Source of the DNA: Klebsormidium nitens
Lineage: Eukaryota > Plantae > Klebsormidiophyceae
Reading direction: 5' to 3'
Assembly: GCA_000708835.1 (NCBI GenBank)
Contig: DF237446.1
Location: 4,130 to 68,129, forward strand
DNA length: 64,000 nt
Shown here: one piece after another, positions 23,792 to 34,700 of the stretch
Position numbering within the stretch: the stretch's first letter is position 1
How the letters are laid out: each line of letters starts with the position of its first letter
Notes under the pieces: generated by a model
The model's input: the letters and a program-made list of their open reading frames with translations, nothing else
Told to the model about the DNA's origin: nothing
Databases searched by the model: none
Translations under genes and position numbers: made by a program

Positions 23792-26700
23792 CTACTTGTT
23801 CGAGTAGAGCTGCCAAATCCGTCTACACAACGCAATCGCGTTCCTTTGACGCTCTTCTTGCACTTCGAAGGTCCAATCCGTTACCTCCTTTAGATTATCT
23901 GTCAACGGAATGTTGTTTGAGGTCCCCTGCCGGTTCTGCTTGCTGAAAATCTTCTCCTTCTTTTCCTTAAACCCTTGGTTCTTTGCTGCGGAGTTCTTCT
24001 TCCCCGATAACAGAACCAGGTTTCCCAGCTTATTCACGGCCTCATCGTACCGTCGATGGTCCTTTAGGAGCTCCTTCCATCCTGCGTCATCCGGGTTTTG
24101 CGGTGCCACGTGTTCCACGGACAGATTCGTCTCCAGGTACAAGTCGGCATACTTTGCACCCCCCTGAATCGTGTCAAACTCGTTCAGGCGCATCAGCAGG
24201 AGCTTCACGAGCCTACTCTGCCGGCTGCTTGTGTAGAGCGGCTTCTCGAGCGCCTCGAGAAACTCCTCAATCTCCTTGTGAGACAGATCCAGAGGCAAGC
24301 CTTCCCAGATGCTTCCCGACACGCTCGTTAGCCCGCGTTTCGTTGCAATGTCCCAACTGTCCAGCACCGTTTTGTAGCGCTCGTCTTGCAGCTTGACGCT
24401 CCAGCCGCGCACAAGCATGAACATCGAGAGCCGGTCGAGCTTCTCGAGGGTCTGCAAGAGGGCCCCGCTGTGATGGGCGAAGTCCTTGAACGCGAGAATC
24501 GCGACGGGGGCCCACCCGGGGAGCGTCCGTCCGTACCCCGGCTTGACCCTGCACGTGACACACAAGTTGAGCTTGTCAAAGGTACATACAAGCAGTGAGC
24601 AGGCAATGACAATTTTTGCTTTCCAGTTGGGGAGCTTCTATCCCACACGTCCACAAAAGGAAGGAACGGATATTCCCTGGAGGAATACGTAATTGACAAA
24701 AGTCGACAGCTCATTTGGGACTGCAGATCTAGCTACCGTCTCTAGGAACCAGTTCCGGGAAGCGGGAACGTTTCCTGACAAAAAGTGCTTACTGCCTAGG
24801 TTACGTTTGGCAGTTCTCTGCAGACCCCTCAAACAAGTGTACGCGTTTGGGAACCAGGTTCTCTTACAACGGAGTGATGCAGGACAATAAGTATCAGATA
24901 CGTTACATCTTAAGTACCCCTTTCCGATCCAGCGCCACCGCATCATCAAACGATCCCGTATGAGCCTGTTAAGGCCTGCCTTTCGCTGCCTTGCGAGTTT
25001 CACAATACTCACCGCCAGAGCAACCGCCGGAAGGTCTCAATCTCCCTCGCCTCCGTTTCGGAGCTGCACGTGTACCCCCCTTTCAATAGCTCCTCGTACG
25101 TCCTTGCGAATGGAAGCAGGATTTTGTCTAGAAACTGCGGCCCTTCTAGTTGGAAGTGGGCGTACGTTTTTGTGAACTCCTCCATCTCATCCTTGCATGG
25201 CTTGTCGAGGTAGATGAAAGACAGCACCTTGAAGGTGGCCGACAGATGGTCACGCCCAGCCTCGTCCCACTTTTTGTCAAAATCGTCCTGCAAATAGTTC
25301 ATCGGAGTTGATGGTATTAGACTTCAAGGTGCGGAACAGCGGACCTGAGCGATTCGAACGAAAGACTGACCGTTTGCAACCGGTTGCTGAAGCGATTCCA
25401 TGGTCAATCAAACAGATTTACGAAAGACAACGATCAGTTTTGATATGAGGTTGTCGAAGACAACCATCTGGACAAAGGAAAGTGTTAGCATAGAATCTCT
25501 AGGTGGAGAGATAATCAACGAAGCTTCCCGAATTCGTTAAGTAGCATTCACATCTTTGGGGTGCTAGGAGTAGGCTGTGTCGCTATATTAGGGCTCAAAT
25601 CAAGATGGAATCCAGCCAGCGAACCGTCAGAAACAGATGTAATCCTCAAGGCTCAAACCTTATTCAACACGTGCTTGGGGAAAGGCCATCTTGAGCTTCC
25701 TCTGGGTGCACACTTGAATGACTAACGGTAGATAAGCAGAGAAGTTTTGTTTGACAATCTACCGCTCCTACTCTCCGCTGTTGCTCTAGACAGCCTCCCA
25801 CTGATCTCCAGAAGAAAAGGGGGACTTTAGCCATAAAAGAACTTCGTCAGAAAAGCTGACCTGCTGTTCCTCAGGAATACTCTCCCACATGGTGGCCTTG
25901 ACTATGTCGATGGACTCCAGGTCGAGCCCTCTGTTGCTGGTAACTTTGAAGAACTTGATGGCGTCGTTGTGGGAGCTGCAGTGGCTCAGCAGCACCAGCA
26001 CCTTCTGCAGCATGTACCTATAGAGGTCGATGCACTCGTCCACATCCCTCTCCCGAATCTGCGACCAGATGTACTGGACGCAAAGAGCTAGTACTCGTTA
26101 GAAATTCTGCAGTACGATTTTGAAAACGAGCTCAACAGGCCTGAACCTTTTGCATGTCAAATTGTTTGCTTGATGATTGTTTGGATGCTTGAATTCGAAA
26201 AGCCCCGGTACATGAGACAAGAGATGCACTTGTGGACTGAAGACGGATGTCCCAATAAAGAATATCCCTATCCCCGTTATTGCGGTTTGACAACCGCAAA
26301 AAATGCACGAGCATCTTCTACGACCCTGACAAATTGTTGGATGATTCCACCTTTCTTTGCTCTCAGCCGGATAGCTATAGGCGCACGTACGTCCTTAAAG
26401 CAGCTTTAAGAACTGTGGTTTGATTGGTCCAGAAATCAGTTGTCAGCCCCTTTCAATGACGAGGCAAGCAAAGTCAAGCAGCATGAATAGTCAAGCTTAC
26501 CTGCAGATTCTGCCAAATGTTCTGCTGGGTCTCCCCTTTCAACACCTTTGCATCATAGTCCTGCCTGGTGAATTTTACTGGGTCTTGGAGCAGGTCATTG
26601 AAGAACTCTGCATCCTTTCTTTTGAGCTCAACCCTTGGTGCTGGGCTTCTCTGTGTACCCACGTCCCCCTCGTCCCATAGCGCTTCAGCCAACTTCTTAG

Positions 26701-27446
26701 CGAGCTTTTCGATCTCGGCTCGTTTTGCAGGCAACAGCTCATTGCTTTCTAGCTCCATTTCCAGCCGGCATTTCAGAGCGGCAAAAATAAGGCAGAGGGT
26801 CACCAGACGCTGCTGGCCATCCACCATGGACAGCTTGTTGGTCAGTGAGTCAATGGGAGGGCCTCGTGCCACTGTGACGAGGCCCAGGTGGCATTGACTC
26901 CGTTCACTGCATTGGATCAGGAACAGACGGGTTCGACAGTTGCGACATGAGAAGAGAAGAGTACCCGACATTGACTAACAGCTTCCTAGAAATACCTTAA
27001 CGCTCAAAGCCGTGCAGTTCCGACAGAGACTGTTTTCTCAATCTTGCACACATGATGAGAGGATTTTCAATCGCTTTACCAATGCAGATTATGGACAGAA
27101 CTATGCAGGCACTGTGTGCGGATTGAGGCTTCGCTTTAGTAGGTTCTGGTCCTGGAAGCCATGTGCTAATCAGGTGTGAATCCATTTTTCTACACAAAGC
27201 AAGAAATAAAGAGAGAGGAACAAAGTTCACGACCCCAACAAAGTACCCAGCAATAGAAGACGAGAGCCCGCACCTGATCTGAACGCTGCCTTGATTTGCT
27301 GCTTCCCACAAATCTGAAAGGAGATCCTCAGCATGCTCCTTCTGCCACGAGTAAGGCCTTTGATATGCCGGTAAGACAAAGAAGTGATTTTCGTCAAACA
27401 GCTTTAAGAGGACTGTCTGCTTTGCGTCCATCTGAGTTGCTTCCAT
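23792..27446 (-). CDS. GmrSD/SspE-like DUF262 + DUF1524(HNH) nuclease, ~607 aa, 5 exons (27446-27274, 26906-26501, 26073-25861, 25287-25013, 24548-23792); possible N-terminal extension to 27836
   Basis: DUF262 motifs LPAYQRPYSW, VDGQQRLVTL and FKVTSNRGLDL; DUF1524 motifs SVEHVAPQNP, LGNLVLLS and KNSAAKNQGF. Four GT-AG introns (phases 2,0,0,2) join into one 1824-nt ORF. Confidence 0.9.
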
Positions 27447-28546
27447 GTTTGATACATCACCCTGACCTGCAAAAGCTTGAGCATTTTCTAAAACCCTTTG
27501 GCGGACACGAGGAGCAGAAGTCAGCCCTTTAAATCCTAACAGAGGTCCATTAAGTGCATCTTTCCCAGAGGTTCGATGTTCTGGTGAGACGACCCTGAGG
27601 TTGTGGCCACCAGCAATACGATGTTGACCTGTGCCGCCCAAGTGTCGACGGCAGGATCGAAGAGGCACTTTAGCTCTCTGCAAAGCTGCTGTTACGTTGG
27701 CAGATGAAAAATTCTGGGATGAGGAAAGATAATCAGATCTATGGCTTCTTGCTTGATTAACTCTGCCGTCGAAATTTCGGGTAAGGGGGCTCCCACTGCC
27801 AGACTTGGAGGCGTTCTTGCATGCCTGAGTTGCCATGACTTCAATGCTCAGCTGAATTCTAGATCGGAAAGCGCTTGCCCGACTCTTGTGGACTGTCCTG
27901 CGCTTGCATCCCCCTCTGAAGGCTTACCAGCATGGCAGCAATGCAGCATTATCCAGCATTATCTATTAGCGAGCCTCCAGGGGAAGAACTCACTAGATCT
28001 CTTGCGTACTGAACTGTTCTCGCATCTCGTTGCAATGCGCATTTCATGACCCCTCATTCATGAAAATAGGCACCCGGGGGACGATTTGGGTTAGCTAGGT
28101 TGGTTAGGGTGGAAATGGTTGGAATGGGTAAGAGTGCGCGGGTGATGTTCTTGGTTAGGGCCTTGACTCTAAGTTGCCCGGGGCTCGATCTGCATCTTCG
28201 TAAATTAGCGGGTACCATTACCGTGTCAATGGCACTGGTTTTGCCGGGAATTCAAGTTTGAACTTGGAGCTGCTGCATCAGCGGATGTGGCACTTTCCTC
28301 AACACTGATTGGTTTGCATGCCAGCTCCGTAACATTGTTAGCCGTCGATGAGATTACCACGTGGCTATCCACTTTTGGCGGGACCAATTCGGTTGACCCT
28401 TTCTGCACTAGCCTCTGGGCACTGGTGGCAGCCTCTGATTCAGCCTAGGTAATTCAGGCTCAGGGTTCGCAGTCCAGATCTCCAATGGGCTGTGGCACTT
28501 TGAGAACTCCTTGCGATCTTGACGCTTGTTGAAGGTGGCGAAGCGA

Positions 28547-28576
28547 ACGTATTGAGACGTATTGAGACGTATTGAG
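28547..28576 (+). repeat. 10-bp tandem repeat x3
   Basis: (ACGTATTGAG)3, exact. Confidence 0.9.
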
Positions 28577-28747
28577 CGTGCCTAACTGAGAGCTGGGTGC
28601 ATGGTGGCACATTGCTGGCAGCTGGCCTTTTGTGTACAGTTGTGTCTCGAGCGGAAGCATCTGCAAGTGGGAGGAAGCAACGTCCTAGCGTCAAGACTCA
28701 TGTCCAACAACACCTGATCTTTCTGTTTCTCGATTGGATTTGGAAAG

Positions 28748-31700
28748 ATGCACTCCTCAAAGGTGCATGAACGCTGGCCCAGCGGGCAATGCATCGAAGC
28801 TTGGTGGCCTCTGGACAAGTGCTGGTACCGCGCAACAGTGTTGCAGTCGGTCGCTTGCACCAAGAAGCAGTTGGTGCTGTACGAAGATGGCGACGCAGAG
28901 GAGCTGGTTTTGGCTGAGCAGGAGCAGCAAGGCTTGATCCGGACAGTACCAGAACCGCAGCTTAATCTGCGCCAGAACCTGGTGACTGTGCATAAGCACC
29001 TGGCTTTGAATCTGGCAAATGAGGGATGGCACTTCTGCACCAGGTAAGTTGACAGACTCTCACATATCTTGCATCAGAATCCTGCTGACGAATATGTTTA
29101 TGTTGCCGGGAAATCGTTTGCAACAACCACCATAAAGTCCTGTTGCAGGCCATGTCAAAACCCTCTCTTTCGGTGCCCAGATGCTCCTCAGCTCTTCCAT
29201 CTTTTCAAGGTACACAGAGTTGTGCATTTGGGTCCAGAAGCCCTCTTTCTTAATCAGTCGGCCGCATGACCTCATGAGCTTATGAAACTCTCCGCGCTGG
29301 AATTGCTGTCAGTTGCATGCATCTCTTCCTGGTGGTCATGAGCTGGTCATGGTTGTTTTCCCTACAGTAAAGTGGCATTCCAACTTAGTTGTTCAGCTCC
29401 TGAAGGCCTTTGAATGCCACATTGTAGACGCTTTCATCAAGTCTCTAGCTGTGGCAGCAATTGCTTTCTGGCAATCTGGATTCTGACCTGATTCTGAAGC
29501 TCAGGTGGCACCCTAACACTTCCGTTCACTCTCCGTACGAGTAAAATATTACTTTTGCGCTGACTGGCCAGGTCTGAATATCTTCCTCGATCATCAGGAT
29601 CGATGAAGCTTAATAAAATCAGCCTATGCTGGTTGCCTCTAACAACCGCCTGCGCAGCCATCCTGTCTTTCCTGCGGCAACTTCAACGTACAGAAGCTGC
29701 CACGTACCCAATCTAGATTTCATCTTCGTCCTCTGTGACACCTTGTTAATCTGCATCTGGCTCATTCTCACCAGGTGCGACCAGACCCTGGAAAGCAAGC
29801 ACTTTCCCTGCCCCTGCAATCAGCCCATCAGCTTGCTCAGCGATGATGAGGAGGAGGAGAGCAGCCAGACACTGATGTGGGGGGGTCAAATCCTGAGGGC
29901 GGAGACCCCCTCGGCAATGAATCGGAGGCAGTGTCATGGATGCTTTGTGTCAGGAGGCGTCCAGCTTGGCGCGTCTGCTTGTCCAAATTGTGGGACAGAC
30001 CTGACCCCAAGGAGAACAAGAATTGGGCACTTGATGTCCCCAAAGGGTGAGCATGTGATTCTTTTCTCAGCTTCACTCCTCTTTTTCTTTTCTCTTTCTG
30101 CCCTTATGAAGCTGTTGACTGATCTTTGTATTATTGGGGTGTTTGCACAATCAAAGGTGATGCATTGCACAGTACCTTACACGGTCTGAACGGCTCTCTC
30201 AGCGCCCGAGTATGACTGGATCACATGCTGATGCAAAGCTGAACCTTCTGAAGCATCACCCGCCTGAGTTCCTGGATGAGCCATGGCGCCTATTGGACAC
30301 ATTGACAAGCAGAGTGAAAATGAAACCCTGATCACATGCCACTCATGGTTTGACTACATGAACAGCTGCAGCTTTGCCCAACTGCTTCCACTCCAGGCTG
30401 AACCACTTACATCTTTTGTAGCAAACCGGCTCAAAATGCCATCAGGCTTGCTTGACTGCGGTATCCTTAATAAAGTGCTTCGATCTGCAGCTGCGTCGTC
30501 TGGCGCCTCCGGTGTCTTCACTGGGCAAGTCCTTCGGGCAAGTCCTATCGACAGCGGTCAGCAGCAAGCCCCCAAGGCCACTTCCGAAAAGGGCGTGAAG
30601 ACAACACAGTGCGGGGGTCAGAGCGGGTTGTCTGTGAACGCGGGCCGGTTGCATCCGGAGGGCCAAAGGGGCGTGAGAGGCGCATTTGCGGGGGTGTCCA
30701 GAGGAGTTAAGAAGGAAGCAGAAGAGGTCGAGGGTCCAAAGACGAGAACCGTCAGAGGCGCCTTCGGGGGGGTTGCCAAAGTCGTCAAGAAGGAAGTGGA
30801 GGAGAGCAGATTCAGGATGGGGAATGTTCTGGCAGACTGCCAACGAATCCAGGGCGCTGGACGAAGCTCAGGGAAGGAGTATGAGCAGGGCGCACAAGAT
30901 GGGGCGCCTGGAACGGAAACAGGGACTCGTGTGCTGAGCCCATCCCCAAACTCAGCCTTGCCCATCGAAAACAGGTCGCAAGCGGCTTCAGCACCTGATT
31001 ACACTGGGGAGGCTGTGACCGGGTCCATCCCGCAGATCGTTGGCAAGGTTGAGACGGGCGGAACTGGGGGAAGCAGTGCTGTTTTGGACAAAGGAAACGA
31101 GGCTCGGGGCGACGAACGGAGGGTAGTGCGGGAGAGGGGCCAGGCTGTTGAAGGGGGTTGCTCTGAGGAGAAGAGGATTGTGACATTGACGGAGCTGCTG
31201 AAGGGTAAGATTGCATGTGCTTCTTGCTCGTTTCGCTACCAACGAGTCTGTCTTGAGGTTCTTTTCGACTAGAACCCGCTAGGCTCTCAGAATTTTCATC
31301 TGTAGTCCAAGTGCGGTCTGGTACTCTGACATTCAGCAAAGCTGTATGCCAGGTCGCTTCTGATGAGTGCACGTGGTCACACAGGGTCATTCCATTGAGT
31401 CGATAAGGCAGATGAGCCCAAGATGTATGATCCGTTCAGAATGACATCAAGGCACACTGTTTCCAGGCAGTCCGGTAGTCATAGTTGTCGCTAGCAGTCT
31501 TGTTACCAGTTTTGCTGCAGCTTGCGCGTAGAAACATAGGTCCTCTGCTCGCATCCGGTGCCTGACGGTACATTCTTCCCCCTCCCACACCACTCTCTTA
31601 AACAATCAAATGCATCTCAATTCAGTAAACTGTTTTTCTCCTTTTCAGCCACGGCCTTCGAGGCCCCGACCTGCTCCGAAGCCGCATCTGCAGCTCTTCC

Positions 31701-34700
31701 CCTCTCCAACGACTCGGCCCCGGCGGACCTCAGCCCTAACCCAGAGGACTTAAGCCCCAAACCCTCTGTTAACCCGTCCCGCACCCCCCAAAAAGCGTCA
31801 GTGGGCGCCAATCTAGACGAGAGCAGCCCACTGGCCCCTTTCGATGCTGGGCACTTTTCGGATGAGCGCCCACTATCAAACGCTGGCGAGTCAGCAGGCC
31901 CAGACAATGTCCTTCCGGAGGGGTTGGGCGAAAGACCAGTCTCGGACAGCTATCTCGGCCGGGGAGGATCAGACGCCGGGGCCGTTTCGGAGTCGCTGCC
32001 TTGTTCCGGGAATGTGGATATCGGGGCAGCTTCCACTACTAAGCGACCTGACGGGGAGGCTTGTTCGGACGGGTTCCCTTGCCTGCGGGACTTGGACACC
32101 GGGGCACGCCCGGACGGTTCTCCTTGTTTGATGGTTTCAGACACCGGGGCTGGGTCGATCAGAGTACTCGCTTCAGTGGCTTTCGATGCGGGAGCAACCC
32201 CAGAGCCCGGGGCGGTTTCGACAGGTGGCGCAAGTCCCGGGACTGGGGCTGCTCTGGGCGCCAAGGTGGTTTTCGATGCCGAGGCGGTTCTGGGCGCCGA
32301 AGCTGTTTCGGACTGTGAGGCACTTTCGGACGCTGAGGACATACCTGATGCCAAAGCGAACCCAGGTGCTGGCGCCGGCGCCGGCGCAGTGACAAACCCT
32401 GGGGTGATGTTGGACGCTGCAGAGAGATCGGACGCCGAAGCAACTTCGGACGCCGGGACCGTGTCGGACGCCTCCTGCTTGAGCTTTGCGTCCGCTCAGC
32501 AGGATTGGCAAGCCGGGGGTTCCAGTCCCGCGACGAACGGTGACAAGGCCCAGGAGTGCGCTCCGCATTTGGCAGACCCCTTGGTAAACCCGGCGCGCCA
32601 GTTCGCCCCGGAAACCTCAAGCCCTGCGTCGATTTTCTGTCTGGACGGCGCGTCTGCGGTCATGCCTGTGAAGCGCAGGTCAAATGCACCGGGGCTAGCG
32701 TCTCTGGTAACTGAATCGGCCCCCAGGGGGGGTGGGGCCAAAGACGGTGTCCTGACCCCCTGCAATCAGAACCCGAAGGCGGGAAAGTCGGAGATTCTGG
32801 AGAGCATGTTCGGGCAGGGGGGCTCTCAATGCAGCAGCGAACAGCGCCCCTCGGACCGAACAGGAGAGGACGTCGGAAGGCGTGCATCAGCGCGGCTTGC
32901 GGGGGGGGCTCCTAAGAGCACAAGCCTTTCTCACGGGTTGGGTTATCTTGGGGCACCGCTGGCGGCATTATCGGGACTGGGGTGGGCTCCTTGGGGGGGG
33001 GAGAGCGAGGTCCAGTTTCTGGGCACAGCTAAGGAAGTTGAGAAAGAGAAAGCCCGGTCGGCTGTCGCCGAGGTGGGGTCAAACGTCGCTCGTCAGGAAC
33101 CCCCCGAACCTGGACGGACGCTGCGCTTGTGGCAGAGCCTTAAGCAGCAGTTCTATGCCAAGACTGCTGCCAACCCCAGTTCCGCCGAGTTGGAAAAGCG
33201 GGCGGCGAGCTGTGACGGGAAACGCAGTGTGGAGTCCCTCGCTGGCGGACCTTGGAGCGCCAAGTTTGACACCTGCTCGGACTTCAGCCTGCCAAGCGAC
33301 TGGGTCCGTGACGTCACCTCGCCCCGGGGCACTGACGTCACTCGGGGCTCCCGTGTCTGGAAGTCGGTTGGAAGGCGGGCGAGTAGAGAGTCGGTCGGGG
33401 CTACGGAGGCGGACGCGGCTGGGACGAAAGCGGAACCGGAGCAAGGTTGCCTGCAAACGGAACCGGAACAGGGCGGAAAGGAGGCGGAAGGGGCTGCGTT
33501 GACAAAAGAGACCGGTGCGTTCGTAGGACAGAGCGCCTCGGAAGTGGAAACCGAGAAAACACGGGTCCGGAAGGAAGAGGACCGCTTGAGCCCGAAAATC
33601 AAGGAGGCTCCGTTAGGATTGGCGGGATGCCGGCCCGCCGCGGGCGCAGAAGCGACGGGACTGAAGCTTGAACCAGAACTGGGACTGCAGCAAGAAGGGG
33701 AACCAGATCGAACGCGAGCGGTCGGATCTGCCATCCAGGAGGAGGGAACGGAAGCCGGGCGAACGGATGATGAGGCAGAGGGGGTTACGGACGATATGCT
33801 GGCGGCGGCGTTGGGTGACGTGGATCAACTGATCGCGGAACATGAGCAGGTGGAAAATGTCTCCATCCTGATCTGCAATTACAATGTTTAGAACTCTAGA
33901 AGCCGTTTTCAAGGTCTGCTTCTTTCTAGGAACAGAAGTTTCAAATGGAGTGCCTGACCGTATTTTGCTGCAGCACTTATCTTACTGCATTCGGTCATCC
34001 TTTTAGAAACTTGTCTTGGTCTTATGCAAATCTCGGCCGACTTCAAGAGACGTGCGAGCTGGTGTTTTCACAAGGTGACTTCAGCGTTAATTTTGATTCC
34101 ATTTCATTGGACACTGTAGCTTCCTTTGACACCAACTTTGGCACCAACTGCGACACTTGTCTCATGTTGAAGCATTCGAAGCTCAGAGTTTTTCAGATTT
34201 CATTAGACGTTTCAAAGCGGTCGCTTACCAATCTCGTCTTGACCTTTGTTTGCCAGGCGTCCGATGAGTTCGCTTCCGCCAGTCCCCAAATCAGTGCCCA
34301 CTTCGGCAGTCCCCTGTGCCGCTTCCCCCCAAGCGACGCACTGCCCGAGCTGCGGCTAAAACGCAAGCGGTCCTCTGCGCCCCGGAAGCCGCCACGTCGC
34401 AGCCCACAGACGAAGCAAACAGATGACGAAGAGGTGGTTGAGGTTCGAAGCCCCCAATGGCAGGACGGCCGAAACTCGGGGCTGGTCAGTCCGGACGGGA
34501 GCGTGTGCCGCGGGCGCATAAGGCGCGTGCCGGACGTGTACCGGACGTCCGCGTCGCTCGAGTTTCGGGTGGAGGACCAGGTGGGGCTGAAGTCGCCCCT
34601 CGGAAGCGAGGCGACGTCGGGGAAAAAGAAGCGGAAGGGGGAGCTGAAGTCTCCTTTCGAAGAGGAGGCGACGTCGGAAAACAGAAGAAGAAAGGGAGGG

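Noticed and set aside
29044-29077. 34-nt intron after the Tudor exon
   Set aside because: Too short, and it leads to an early stop. The acceptor at 29148 keeps the frame.
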